A stretch of DNA of 35,405 bases from Bacteroidales bacterium (GCA_003555385.1 PWHO01000094.1:1-35405), one strand, 5' to 3'; counted from the stretch's first letter, positions 19,114-28,944 are shown. The notes: generated by a model not told the origin, from the letters alone. Translations and numbers: made by a program.

Positions 19114-20061
19114 TTAAGAAAAATCCAGGTATTTCTCAAACGATCTCCAATATGGCATACGAACCCTCAGCCTTTTTCCGGTGTGGAACACATCATAGTA
19201 TTGCTTTTTCTTTTCAGCCGGTGCGTGTTTCATATTGTTGTCAAGCGCTGCCACCACCTCATCACTGAACTGCCGGCGGATCAGGGGTGTCAATAAAAAA
19301 CCGGGGAGAAAAAAACGGGAGAACGGGAAGAGATTAACGGATTTAATCCCCTTTTTCCGGCAAACTTTCTGACCCTCTTTCAATGCGTTAATATATTGGC
19401 GGATGAGCAGTTTGTTTGAAGCAAACAATCTTGCCCCGCCGGCTTTGTTGATCAGGGCCGGCTGAATGGCTGATGCCAGGTAACGGGTGGGTAGCCAGTC
19501 TTTGATGTCCTTGTTAATTTTTGGCCCCATACCCGCAGCTTCCATCATCTCTGCGGTTTTTTTCAGTCTTTCGGTGACTTTCTTATCTGCTTCTCCCAGG
19601 ATGGTATGCCCCCTTTTGAACAGGTGACAATTGATGCCGTTTTCTGTGGGACTTCCGGTGACAATGTCCGGAAATCCGAAAAAACATTTTCCTTTTGGGA
19701 ATATTTTATTGACAATTTTTACCTCTTCCCATATGTTGCCAAGCAAAAGGACGTCGGCTTTGCCTGCGTGTTTTGCAATGTAGGGCAATGCATCCGACCA
19801 CTGGTTGCTTCTGACCGATACAATGATCAGGTCAAAGGGGTTGTCTGAATCAAGACGATCTAATACGTTGGGTCTGAATACAGATTGCCCGTAATCTTCC
19901 GTCTGGCTGCGCAGATCTGTATAGTTTACAGGAACCCCCGAGTTCGCATATCGTACCATTCGCTGTTTGCGCACAAAAAGGGTGATGTCGTATCCCGCTT
20001 CCTGTAACTGCCACGCATAGGTGGTGCCGATCACACCGGCACCAAAGATCAGTATTTTCAT
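19114..20061 (-). CDS. Ketopantoate reductase-like (PanE/ApbA family) oxidoreductase
   Basis: MKILIFGAGVIG Rossmann start (ATG 20061), AGYDITLFVR, FDLIIVSVR. Confidence 0.72.
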   Translation of the reverse strand: MKILIFGAGVIGTTYAWQLQEAGYDITLFVRKQRMVRYANSGVPVNYTDLRSQTEDYGQSVFRPNVLDRLDSDNPFDLIIVSVRSNQWSDALPYIAKHAGKADVLLLGNIWEEVKIVNKIFPKGKCFFGFPDIVTGSPTENGINCHLFKRGHTILGEADKKVTERLKKTAEMMEAAGMGPKINKDIKDWLPTRYLASAIQPALINKAGGARLFASNKLLIRQYINALKEGQKVCRKKGIKSVNLFPFSRFFLPGFLLTPLIRRQFSDEVVAALDNNMKHAPAEKKKQYYDVFHTGKRLRVRMPYWRSFEKYLDFS

Positions 20062-20176
20062 AAAAGAAACTTTCTTGTTGGATATACTGCTTGCTACTGT
20101 CAAAAATAACAACAGTTCCGCAGATTTTACATTATTTTTACCCTTTGATTGCAAAAAACAACGACGGGAATTCAAG

Positions 20177-22294
20177 ATGACAGATACAGGCCGGCAGGAT
20201 TACCTGGATACACCTATTGAGTTTCTGAAGGGAGTTGGCCCCAAACGCGCTGAACTCCTGAGGAAAGAATTGGATATACATTCGTTCCGGGACTTGCTGA
20301 CTTTTTTCCCTTTCCGGTACATTGACAGGAGCCGGTTTTATACCATCGGAGAAGTGAGGGACCAGATGCCCTATGTCCAGATCAGGGGAAAGATCTCCGA
20401 TGTTCGTCTCCATGGCAAGCACCGAACCACAAGAATGACAGCCACTTTGTCCGACTCCACTGGTCAGATGGAACTGGTCTGGTTCCGGGGGTTTAAATGG
20501 CTGAAAGACCGTTTTAAGACGGGTGTGGAATACATCGTATTCGGAAAACCTGCCCTGTTCGGCAAAAGGTTTAATATCGCCCATCCCGAGGTGGAGCCCG
20601 TAACCCCGGGAGCAATCAGCCAGGATTCCGCCATGCATCCCGTGTATAACTCAACCGAAAAACTTGGGTCGATGGGCCTCGACAGCAGGGGCATTGCCAA
20701 ACTGGTAAAGAATTTGTTGCCATTGGTTAAAGATCACCTGGCAGAAACCCTTCCATCCGGAATTTTGTCATCCCTCAGGTTGCCCTCGCGGGAGGAGGCA
20801 TTGTTCCATATCCATTTCCCGGCCGATGACAGGATGCTGAAACGGGCGATTGCACGCCTCAAGTTTGAGGAGTTGTTTTTTATTCAGTTGAACCTGCTAC
20901 GGCATAAACTGATCCGGAACGAGAAATCAAAGAGTCATATTTTTCCGGGGCTGGATGAATATTTCAACGGGTTTTACAGAAAAAAGCTTTCTTTTGAGTT
21001 GACTGCCGCCCAGAAAAGGGTGCTGAAAGAGATCCGGGGAGATACCCTTTCCGGGAAACAAATGAACCGCCTGCTTCAGGGGGATGTGGGAAGCGGTAAA
21101 ACTGTCGTGGCTGTGATGAGTATGCTGATGGCCCTCGATAATGGTTTCCAGGCTTGCCTGATGGCTCCCACGGAAATTCTCGCTTTTCAGCATTTTGAGT
21201 CGGTCACTGCCATGTTGTCGGAGCTGGGGATTCGGGTCGGCTTGCTGACGGGTTCCACCAAACAGGCTGACCGGCGTAAATTGCTTTCAGATGCTGCGGA
21301 TGGAAGCCTTCACTTGTTGATCGGGACCCATGCCCTGCTGGAAGATATGGTTCAGTTTAAGGCATTGGGGATGGTTGTGATTGACGAGCAGCACCGTTTC
21401 GGTGTGGCGCAGCGGGCCAGGCTGTGGTCGAAGGGAAGCATGCCCCCTCATGTGCTGGTGATGACGGCCACACCTATTCCGCGTACTTTGGCCATGACCC
21501 TGTATGGCGACCTCGACGTGTCGGTGATTGATGAGCTCCCTCCCGGCCGGAAGCCGATCCGGACTATGCATCAGTATGACAGGAGTCGATTAAAGGTGTT
21601 TGGGTTTATTCGCCAGGAGATTGCAAAGGGCCGGCAGGTGTATGTGGTGTACCCCCTGATCAGGGAGTCGGAGAAGCTGGACCTGAAGGATCTCAATGAT
21701 GGGTATGAAAGTATTGTCCGGGAGTTTCCCCCGCCTGGTTACGCCGTCAGTATTGTACATGGTAAAATGAAGCCGGCGGATAAGGATTATGAGATGCAGC
21801 GCTTTGTCAGTGGTCAAACCCAGATAATGGTGGCTACCACGGTAATCGAAGTGGGGATTGATGTCCCCAATGCCAGTGTGATGGTCATTGAAAGTGCGGA
21901 GCGTTTTGGCCTGTCACAGTTGCATCAGCTAAGGGGTCGGGTAGGCAGGGGTGCCGATCAGTCATTCTGTATTCTGATGTCGAAGGATGAATTGAGTGCC
22001 GATGCACGGAAGCGCCTGGGCGTGATGGTTGAAACCAATGACGGGTTCCGTATCGCTGAAACCGATCTGCAGCTGCGTGGCCCGGGCGATCTGCAGGGTA
22101 CACAGCAAAGCGGTATACTGGATCTGAAGATCGCTGACTTGACGAAAGATGAACAGGTTTTGAAATACGCACGCCGGCAGGCAATGGATCTGCTTAAAAA
22201 GGATCCGGGATTAAGTTTCCGGGAACATAGGATGGTCAGAAGGCAGCTTGAACGTTTGTTTCCCCGGCAGTTATTCTGGAGCCGCATCAGCTGA
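20177..22294 (+). CDS. recG: ATP-dependent DNA helicase RecG
   Basis: LKGVGPKR, wedge domain, RLLQGDVGSGKT, IDEQHRFG, MTATPIPR, QLHQLRGRVGRG, DLQLRGPGD. Start set at ATG 20177. Confidence 0.97.
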   Translation: MTDTGRQDYLDTPIEFLKGVGPKRAELLRKELDIHSFRDLLTFFPFRYIDRSRFYTIGEVRDQMPYVQIRGKISDVRLHGKHRTTRMTATLSDSTGQMELVWFRGFKWLKDRFKTGVEYIVFGKPALFGKRFNIAHPEVEPVTPGAISQDSAMHPVYNSTEKLGSMGLDSRGIAKLVKNLLPLVKDHLAETLPSGILSSLRLPSREEALFHIHFPADDRMLKRAIARLKFEELFFIQLNLLRHKLIRNEKSKSHIFPGLDEYFNGFYRKKLSFELTAAQKRVLKEIRGDTLSGKQMNRLLQGDVGSGKTVVAVMSMLMALDNGFQACLMAPTEILAFQHFESVTAMLSELGIRVGLLTGSTKQADRRKLLSDAADGSLHLLIGTHALLEDMVQFKALGMVVIDEQHRFGVAQRARLWSKGSMPPHVLVMTATPIPRTLAMTLYGDLDVSVIDELPPGRKPIRTMHQYDRSRLKVFGFIRQEIAKGRQVYVVYPLIRESEKLDLKDLNDGYESIVREFPPPGYAVSIVHGKMKPADKDYEMQRFVSGQTQIMVATTVIEVGIDVPNASVMVIESAERFGLSQLHQLRGRVGRGADQSFCILMSKDELSADARKRLGVMVETNDGFRIAETDLQLRGPGDLQGTQQSGILDLKIADLTKDEQVLKYARRQAMDLLKKDPGLSFREHRMVRRQLERLFPRQLFWSRIS

Positions 22295-22310
22295 GTACTG
22301 AAAACAATGC

Positions 22311-22350
22311 ACAAAAAAAGCCGCCTTTGTAAAAAGACGGCTTTTTTTGT
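22311..22350. terminator. Bidirectional intrinsic terminator between recG and tonB
   Basis: ACAAAAAAAGCCG-CCTTT GTA AAAAGA-CGGCTTTTTTTGT inverted repeat with A/T tracts. Confidence 0.8.
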
Positions 22351-22366
22351 GTGCCGGATCCGGTCA

Positions 22367-23044
22367 TTAATTCAGTCTGAACCGGATGGGCATGTTAAAC
22401 TGTACCCTTACTGCCTGGCCTCTCTGACGGCCTGGCTCCCAGCGGGGCATCATTTCTACAACTCGTACGGCTTCCTGGTCGCATCCGCCACCGATACCTC
22501 GCAGTATCTGAACGTCAGTAACACTTCCGTCCGTCTCTACCACAAAGGTGACAAAGACTGTTCCCTGGATACCTGCTTCGCGTGCCATCTGGGGATACCT
22601 CAGGTTGTCCTCCAGAAACTTTTGCCTGGCTTCTTCTCCGCCCGGGAATTGGGGCTGGTCTTCCACAACGGTAAAGATGACATCTTCGTCCACCTCTTCT
22701 TCCTCTTCGAACTCTATGGGAGTAAACTCCTGAACCTCGGTAAACACGTCGGCATCCATATCAATGGTAAACTCCTCTTCCAGTTCCACGTCGTCATCGA
22801 CGATGATCAACTCCTGAGAAGGTTCCGGCGGAGGTGGCGGCGGGGGTGGCTCTTGCCTGGTAATCGGGATATCTTCTTCCTCGATGAAGTCGATCTCCAG
22901 TGTACCGAGGTCAACTTCCGGCCGCTCGTAATGCTTCCATTCAAAAGCAACCAATGCCGCACCAAGCGCTATCGCAATCCCGATCTGCAAAAAGACGCGC
23001 TTTTTGCCTTCAAGGTCTGCTTTCGGTGATTTTTTTGCTTCCAT
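22367..23044 (-). CDS. tonB: Energy transducer TonB
   Basis: KKSPKADLE N-terminus, single TM helix, poly-Pro and acidic linker, PQFPGG..YPQMAREAGIQGTVFVTFVV..PIRF C-terminal domain. Confidence 0.93.
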   Translation of the reverse strand: MEAKKSPKADLEGKKRVFLQIGIAIALGAALVAFEWKHYERPEVDLGTLEIDFIEEEDIPITRQEPPPPPPPPEPSQELIIVDDDVELEEEFTIDMDADVFTEVQEFTPIEFEEEEEVDEDVIFTVVEDQPQFPGGEEARQKFLEDNLRYPQMAREAGIQGTVFVTFVVETDGSVTDVQILRGIGGGCDQEAVRVVEMMPRWEPGRQRGQAVRVQFNMPIRFRLN

Positions 23045-23157
23045 AATAGTTCCTGTCTGGTTGGTTTTTTAGCTGTTTCCTGAGTTTATTGGTCTGAAAA
23101 ATGATCGTCACAAAAGAGTTTGCTAATATACAAAGTATTTTGCAAAAGTCAATCAGG

Positions 23158-23559
23158 TTAATTTTTTTCCTGAGAGGCAACTATTTTTCTGAACAATTGT
23201 GCTGATATGATAACCCCAAAAATCGTTCCAAATCCATTTGCTATGGCATCAGGTACATTGCCATGACGATCGCTCAGGCAACAATATTGAAAATATTCCG
23301 TAAGGATGCCGTAAATTATTCCCAGGGCGATGCATTGCATCAATTGTTTGTTGCGGAGCCTCCCTCCCCTCTGCTTTTTCCTGAACCCGTAAACCAGTAA
23401 GGCACCCAATGCAGCAAAAAGCCCAAAATGGATTACTTTATCAATATGCGGGATTTTCAGCAGGTCACTATCCGGGATGCTTTCTCCCGGGTAGCCTATG
23501 ACAAGCAATATGAACATCCCCCATAACATGGCAGGAAAAAAACTCTGATGGTTTCGCAC
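23158..23559 (-). CDS. VanZ family membrane protein
   Basis: DKVIHFGLF, TEYFQ, R..DAIAN motifs; start codon uncertain. Confidence 0.82.
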   Translation of the reverse strand: MRNHQSFFPAMLWGMFILLVIGYPGESIPDSDLLKIPHIDKVIHFGLFAALGALLVYGFRKKQRGGRLRNKQLMQCIALGIIYGILTEYFQYCCLSDRHGNVPDAIANGFGTIFGVIISAQLFRKIVASQEKN

Positions 23560-23587
23560 ACAGATTTGGGTGAGTGTTTTTACCTTG

Positions 23588-23968
23588 TCAGGCGTCTACA
23601 AGCTCTTTGTATTGTTCAGCATCAAGCAGGTCATCTGTTTCTGACTTGTCTGCAATCTTAATTTTGATGATCCAGCCTTTACCGTAGGGGTCTTTATTGA
23701 TCGTGTCGGGGGCGGATTCAAGCTCTTCGTTGAATTCAGTGATTTCTCCGCCAATTGGCATGAACAGGTCCGATACCGTTTTCACAGCTTCGATGGTTCC
23801 GAAAGTTTCCTCTTTGTCAAGGCTTTCGCCTTCAGTATCAACTTCTACGAAAACCACATCTCCGAGTTCACCCTGGGCAAAGTCGGTAATGCCTACGGTG
23901 GCGGTGTCGCCTTCGATTTTTACCCATTCATGGTCTTTGGTGTACTTAAGGTTGTCAGGAATATTCAT
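23588..23968 (-). CDS. gcvH: Glycine cleavage system H protein
   Basis: [23 protein letters not shown], lipoyl-Lys motif [20 protein letters not shown]. Confidence 0.96.
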   Translation of the reverse strand: MNIPDNLKYTKDHEWVKIEGDTATVGITDFAQGELGDVVFVEVDTEGESLDKEETFGTIEAVKTVSDLFMPIGGEITEFNEELESAPDTINKDPYGKGWIIKIKIADKSETDDLLDAEQYKELVDA

Positions 23969-24140
23969 TGTTCGGGGATTTAGTGATTACAACAAGTGTT
24001 TATTGGTTGTATCGCCAAAAATACAACCTTTTTTCTTCCTGCAAAAATTATATGCAGTTGAAATCGCGGGACAAGCAATGTTTTTGATCCGGTATCGGCG
24101 GGTAACGGATTGCGGGATAAGCACGGCAGCATCAGATCAA

Positions 24141-24217
24141 CCCCGTAAGAGAAATCCGGCAAGAGTAATCCGGTAAGAGCACCCCCGCAATAGCAATCCC
24201 AATCAGAGCAATCCCAG
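24141..24217. repeat. Degenerate ~14-bp tandem repeat at the 3' end of the suf operon
   Basis: CCCCGTAAGAGAAA / TCCGGCAAGAGTAA / TCCGGTAAGAGCAC / CCCCGCAATAGCAA / TCCCAATCAGAGCAA / TCCCAG. Confidence 0.6.
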
Positions 24218-24523
24218 TTCGAGCTTTGCGGCTTCTGATATATTGTCTGTGGACCATGGGGGGTCAAATACCAGGTCAATTCTGGCTTTTCTGACCCCGT
24301 CTACCTGCTCAACGGCTTCCTCTACCCTGGCCGGCATTTCATCAGCCACCGGGCAATTGGGGTTGGTAAGTGTCATGGTGATATCCACCACGCCGTCACG
24401 GTCAATGCTGATGTTGTAAATAAGACCCAGGTCATAAACATTGACGGGGATTTCCGGGTCAAATACAGTTTTGAGGGCGTCAATGACCTGCTCTTCTTGC
24501 GGGGTATCTGATGGTTGCTGCAT
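24203..24523 (-). CDS. sufT: DUF59 / SufT-like Fe-S assembly protein
   Basis: DPEIPVNVYDLGLIY, MTLTNPNCP, PPW motifs; suf context. Confidence 0.88.
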   Translation of the reverse strand: MQQPSDTPQEEQVIDALKTVFDPEIPVNVYDLGLIYNISIDRDGVVDITMTLTNPNCPVADEMPARVEEAVEQVDGVRKARIDLVFDPPWSTDNISEAAKLELGLL

Positions 24524-24564
24524 AGGGATGAACTTTAAAACGGGATGAAGCCGGACCCCGATGG

Positions 24565-24984
24565 TTACATTTTCTGGAAAGCCAGCGCATAAAGCTTCAT
24601 TTGCTTGATCATGTTGACCAGGCCGTTGGAGCGGGTTTGTGACAGATGTTCCTTAAGGCCGATCTCATCAATAAAGGATAGCCCGGCATCCACAATTTCT
24701 TTTGGAGGCTGGCCGGAGAGAACCTCGATCAGCAGGGCGGCGATCCCCTTGGTGATAAGGGCGTCGCTGTCGGCGGTGTAAATAACTTTCCCGTCCTGGT
24801 AGTCGGCATGAAGCCACACGCGTGCCTGGCAACCTTTGATCAGGTACTTCTCTGTTTTATATTCTTCTTTGATCGGGGGGATAGATTTGCCCAGTTCGAT
24901 GATGTAGTTGTATTTGTCCATCCAGTCATCGAACATCTCAAAATCGCTGATGATCTTTTGTTCTTTTTCTTTAATGGTGGTCAT
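24565..24984 (-). CDS. sufE: Cysteine desulfuration protein SufE
   Basis: WMDKYNYIIELGK, IKGCQARVW, ADSDALITKG, LSQTRSNGL. Confidence 0.95.
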   Translation of the reverse strand: MTTIKEKEQKIISDFEMFDDWMDKYNYIIELGKSIPPIKEEYKTEKYLIKGCQARVWLHADYQDGKVIYTADSDALITKGIAALLIEVLSGQPPKEIVDAGLSFIDEIGLKEHLSQTRSNGLVNMIKQMKLYALAFQKM

Positions 24985-25495
24985 TCTCCTTTTGTTTAGT
25001 TGTTGCCGAAAGGGTCCATTGCATCAGGGTGTTTTTCTCTTCCTCGTTCAGTTTCAGATCTGTTGCCGTTTTGAACGGGGTAGGGCGTGCCAGAATCAGG
25101 AATATAATGATGATCGCCAGCAAAAGAATCAGGTCGGTATCGGCGGTGAGGATAAAAAATATGCATGTTGATATCCCTGCCCCGGCCAGTAATAACAATC
25201 TCAGTATGGTTGCCTGCCGGAAAACTCCGATCTTCTCCGAAAGGGAAGCGGATGAGTCGATCCGGCGGATTTGTCGCTGGGGGGTAATGTAGGCGATCAT
25301 CAGCAGAATGGCTCCCACGGCAATACTTGCTGTTTTCATGGCCGCATAAAAGGCCGGATCATAAGCCAGCAGGGGCCCTGTATTGCTCACCAGAAGGGAA
25401 CTGGCAACCAGGGCGGCGATCAGCAGCAGGAAGAGCCGGCCGTATAAGCGGTTCAGTCCGCGAAATTTTATTCTTGCCTGATCGTGTTGTTGCAT
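24971..25495 (-). CDS. Hypothetical multi-pass membrane protein inside the suf operon
   Basis: 174-aa ORF fills the sufS-sufE gap on the operon strand with about four hydrophobic segments; overlaps the sufE start by 14 nt. Confidence 0.7.
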   Translation of the reverse strand: MQQHDQARIKFRGLNRLYGRLFLLLIAALVASSLLVSNTGPLLAYDPAFYAAMKTASIAVGAILLMIAYITPQRQIRRIDSSASLSEKIGVFRQATILRLLLLAGAGISTCIFFILTADTDLILLLAIIIIFLILARPTPFKTATDLKLNEEEKNTLMQWTLSATTKQKENDHH

Positions 25496-25509
25496 GGTTG
25501 ACAGGGTAT

Positions 25510-26727
25510 TTATCCGAACATCTCCCTGACGGTGGCCAGGCCCTTAATAAACGTATCAACCTCCTGCCGTGTGTTATATACGGCAAAAGATATTCTGATG
25601 GTTCCCGGAATGTTGTAATAGTCAAGCACAGGCTGTACACAGTGATGGCCGGTCCGTACAGCTATCCCCAGTTTATCAAGTATGGTGCCTGCATCATAGG
25701 GGTGAATGTCGCCCAGCAGGAATGAGATTACACCAGCCCGGTGTTCCGGTGTCCCGATGAACCGGATCCCGTCAAAGTTTTTCAGCCCCTCAAGTGCATA
25801 CTGCAGCAAGTCGGTTTCGTGGGAGGAAATCGTATCATGTCCTGTTTCACTGATAAAATTGATGGCGGCTTCCAGGCCCAGCACCCCGGCTACATTGGGC
25901 GTGCCTGCTTCAAATTTGAATGGCAGGTCGTTATAGGTGGTTTTTCCGAAACTCACGTCCTTGATCATTTCACCACCGCTCTGATAGGGAGGGATTTGTT
26001 CCAGCCACTTTTCTTTGCCGTACAATACGCCAATTCCCATCGGGCCGTACATCTTGTGTCCGGAAAAACAGTAAAAATCACAATCAAGTGCCTGTACATC
26101 AACGGGCATATGAGGAGTGGCCTGTGCCCCGTCAACCAGTACGGGGATATCTTTCCTGTGGGCAGCTTCAATGATTTCCTTCACAGGATTGATGGTGCCA
26201 AGTGCATTACTTACGTGGGTGACGGCCACCAGCCGGGTTTTCTCGTTGAGTAACTTATGGTATTCAGATATGATGAGCTCCCCCTTCCGGTCAATGGGGA
26301 TCACTTTAAGATTTGCCTGATGCTCCTGGCAGGCGATCTGCCATGGCACAATGTTGGAGTGGTGCTCCATGGCCGAAATCAGGATTTCGTCACCGGGTTT
26401 CAGAAACTTTTTGCAGAAAGAGTGGGCCACCAGGTTGATGGATTCTGTGGTGCCGCGCGTGAATACAACCTCATGGGGATGCAGTGCATTGATAAAAGAA
26501 GCCGTGGTTTTTCTGGCCTGTTCATACGCGTCTGTGGCCATCTGGCTCAGAAAGTGTGCGCCCCGGTGAATGTTGCTGTTTTCAGATTCGTAATAATTTC
26601 GGAGCCGCTCAATGACCGCCTCCGGTTTCTGGGTGGTGGCGGCATTGTCAAAATAAACCAGGGGGCGGTTATTGACCTCCCTGGAAAGTATGGGGAACTG
26701 TTTACGCAGTTGTTCAATCTTATTCAC
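25510..26727 (-). CDS. sufS: Group II cysteine desulfurase SufS
   Basis: YFDNAATTQKP, MEHHSNIVPW, FSGHKMYGP (PLP Lys), FEAGTP, RTGHHC. Confidence 0.96.
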   Translation of the reverse strand: MNKIEQLRKQFPILSREVNNRPLVYFDNAATTQKPEAVIERLRNYYESENSNIHRGAHFLSQMATDAYEQARKTTASFINALHPHEVVFTRGTTESINLVAHSFCKKFLKPGDEILISAMEHHSNIVPWQIACQEHQANLKVIPIDRKGELIISEYHKLLNEKTRLVAVTHVSNALGTINPVKEIIEAAHRKDIPVLVDGAQATPHMPVDVQALDCDFYCFSGHKMYGPMGIGVLYGKEKWLEQIPPYQSGGEMIKDVSFGKTTYNDLPFKFEAGTPNVAGVLGLEAAINFISETGHDTISSHETDLLQYALEGLKNFDGIRFIGTPEHRAGVISFLLGDIHPYDAGTILDKLGIAVRTGHHCVQPVLDYYNIPGTIRISFAVYNTRQEVDTFIKGLATVREMFG

Positions 26728-26745
26728 AGAGCAATCGTTTTTTAT

Positions 26746-28152
26746 TTATAATTTGCCGGGGTCGATATTGAATGTGGTGGGCTCCTTGCTGTTACAATGC
26801 AGCATGCACTGGTCACAGATCGATAACTCTCCTTTCAGCCGCTTCTCGACCATGTGTTGGATCCGTTCGCGCAGGGCATCGATGTTTATTTCGCTGACCA
26901 CTTCGCCGGCAAAAGCGATCATCATCAGTTGCCTGGCTGATCTTTCGCAAAGCCCGCGTGAGCGCATATAAAACATGGCTTCAGGATCCAGCTGCCCTAC
27001 GGTGGCCCCGTGGGAACATTTTACATCGTCCGCATAAATTTCCAGGTGTGGCTGGGTGTTGGCCCTGGCCTCATCGGTAAGCAGAATATTGTGATTATTC
27101 TGATGTGCCTCGGTTTGCTGGGAATGTCTTTGTACCATCACCTTGCCGGAGAAAACAGCCGTTGCTTCATCGTCAAGGATTCCCTTGTATAATTGGTTGC
27201 TGTAGCAGGAATGTTCGCGGTGATCAATGTAGAGCTGGTTGTCTACATGCTGGTTGCTGTCCACAAGGTAGAGTCCGTAATGTTCAGACCGGCAGCCGGT
27301 GCCTGCAATGGTTACATCCAGGATGTTTTTGGTGAAGCCCCCGTTGAGTGTGATAATATTACTGTAGAGTTTGCCGGACGCTTCCTGGTGGAAGAAGTTA
27401 TTGGTCACCAGGGCGGAATTGCGCCCCTTATTTTGAATTTTATAGTGCGACACTTTTGCCTCTTCTCCGGCATAGGTTTCCATTACGGTGTTGGTAAAGC
27501 TGATGTTGTGGGTAAGTGAATGGTCGCAATGCACCAGTGTCAGTTCTGATTTGTTTTCCGCAATGATCAGATGACGTGGTTGCAAAAAGACCGGGTATTC
27601 AGTGTTCACGATGTTGATCAGCTGAATCGGTTTCTCCACTTTCACCCCCTCAGGCACGTATATGAATAACCCGTCCTGCATAAAGGCTGTGTTCAGGGCT
27701 GCCAGTGAATTGGTCTCCATTTTGACGGTCTTTCCGTAATAGCGGTCTACCAGTTCCGGGTAAACCTCCATGGCTTTTGCCAGACTTCCGATTATGGTGC
27801 CGTCAGGCAGCTGGGTCAGTGGTGCGTGCTTGTAAACAAACCATCCGTTCAGCAGGGTAATGCTGAAAGTGTCCAGATCGTAAACGTCACAGGTGAATAT
27901 TTTATCCACATCCATATGGCGGCTTTGGTTGCTGAAATCGAATACAAACTCTGTGTTCAGCAACGGAGTCAGATCAGTAAACCGCCAGTTTTCCTGACTG
28001 GTGTCGGGGAAGCCTTTTTCACGGAATCGTGCAAGGGCATGCTTGCGCAGCCTGTTCACGAAAGGTGTGGCCTTCCCGCGGATGGCTTCCTGCTCCTGTT
28101 GATAAAGTTCAAGCAGCCTGTCTTGTAATATTGTTGTTTGTACGGTATCCAT
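26746..28152 (-). CDS. sufD: Fe-S cluster assembly protein SufD
   Basis: ENWRFTD, ALNTAF, QLYKGIL, PHLEIYADDVKCSHGATVGQLD, FYMRSRG. Confidence 0.95.
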   Translation of the reverse strand: MDTVQTTILQDRLLELYQQEQEAIRGKATPFVNRLRKHALARFREKGFPDTSQENWRFTDLTPLLNTEFVFDFSNQSRHMDVDKIFTCDVYDLDTFSITLLNGWFVYKHAPLTQLPDGTIIGSLAKAMEVYPELVDRYYGKTVKMETNSLAALNTAFMQDGLFIYVPEGVKVEKPIQLINIVNTEYPVFLQPRHLIIAENKSELTLVHCDHSLTHNISFTNTVMETYAGEEAKVSHYKIQNKGRNSALVTNNFFHQEASGKLYSNIITLNGGFTKNILDVTIAGTGCRSEHYGLYLVDSNQHVDNQLYIDHREHSCYSNQLYKGILDDEATAVFSGKVMVQRHSQQTEAHQNNHNILLTDEARANTQPHLEIYADDVKCSHGATVGQLDPEAMFYMRSRGLCERSARQLMMIAFAGEVVSEINIDALRERIQHMVEKRLKGELSICDQCMLHCNSKEPTTFNIDPGKL

Positions 28153-28158
28153 GAAGGC

Positions 28159-28911
28159 TTACATTTCCTGTTTTATCCAGTCATACCCCTTTTCTTCCAG
28201 TTCCATCGCCAGCTCTTTCGGCCCGCTTTTTATGATGCGTCCGTCATACAGCACATGCACAAAATCTGGTACAATGTAGTCGAGCAGCCGCTGGTAGTGG
28301 GTGATCACGATGGTGGCATTGTCTTCCCTTTTGAGCTTGTTCACCCCGTTGGCTACCACTTTCAGGGCGTCGATGTCAAGTCCTGAGTCCGTTTCGTCCA
28401 GGATGGCCAGGCGGGGTTCGAGCAGGGCCATCTGAAAGATCTCATTCTTTTTCTTTTCCCCGCCGGAGAACCCTTCGTTCACGGCGCGGTTGGTCAGTTT
28501 TGAGTGGATGTCCACCATTTTTTTCTTCTCCTCCATCAGCTTCAGGAACTCTGCTCCTGTTAAGGGTTCAAGCCCCAGGTGCTTGCGCTTCTCGTTCAGG
28601 GCGGTGCGCATGAAGTTCGCAATGCTGACCCCGGGTATTTCCACCGGGTACTGAAACCCCATAAAAATCCCTTCCCTTGCGCGCTCCTCAGCCGGCATGT
28701 CAAACAGGTTTTGCCCCAGGTAGGTGATCTCCCCGCTCTCCACGGTAAAGAGTTCCCGTCCCGCTATTACGGATGCCAGCGTGCTCTTGCCGGATCCATT
28801 CGGCCCCATGATGGCATGAACTTCACCCTCATTGACCTCCAGGTTCAATCCTTCGATAATGGTTTTCCCGTGAACGGAAACACTCAGGTCTTTTATTTTT
28901 AACATATTCAT
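28159..28911 (-). CDS. sufC: Fe-S cluster assembly ATPase SufC
   Basis: MGPNGSGKST, FQYPVEIPGV, NEGFSGGEKK, LDETDSGLDIDAL, ITHYQRLL. Confidence 0.97.
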   Translation of the reverse strand: MNMLKIKDLSVSVHGKTIIEGLNLEVNEGEVHAIMGPNGSGKSTLASVIAGRELFTVESGEITYLGQNLFDMPAEERAREGIFMGFQYPVEIPGVSIANFMRTALNEKRKHLGLEPLTGAEFLKLMEEKKKMVDIHSKLTNRAVNEGFSGGEKKKNEIFQMALLEPRLAILDETDSGLDIDALKVVANGVNKLKREDNATIVITHYQRLLDYIVPDFVHVLYDGRIIKSGPKELAMELEEKGYDWIKQEM

Positions 28912-28944
28912 ATCTTGTTAATAACGTTTTTCCTAGTGACGTGT

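Noticed and set aside
20021-20176. N-terminal extensions making recG and the PanE-like gene overlap head-to-head
   Set aside because: Family similarity starts at ATG 20177 and ATG 20061; the region between is AT-rich divergent promoter sequence.
22307-23029. 240-aa + strand ORF
   Set aside because: Antisense shadow of tonB that starts at the terminator and has no recognisable motifs.
23697-24279. ORFs 23697-24176 (+) and 23980-24279 (-)
   Set aside because: They overlap gcvH or sufT and run through the degenerate repeat and gcvH promoter; no coding support.
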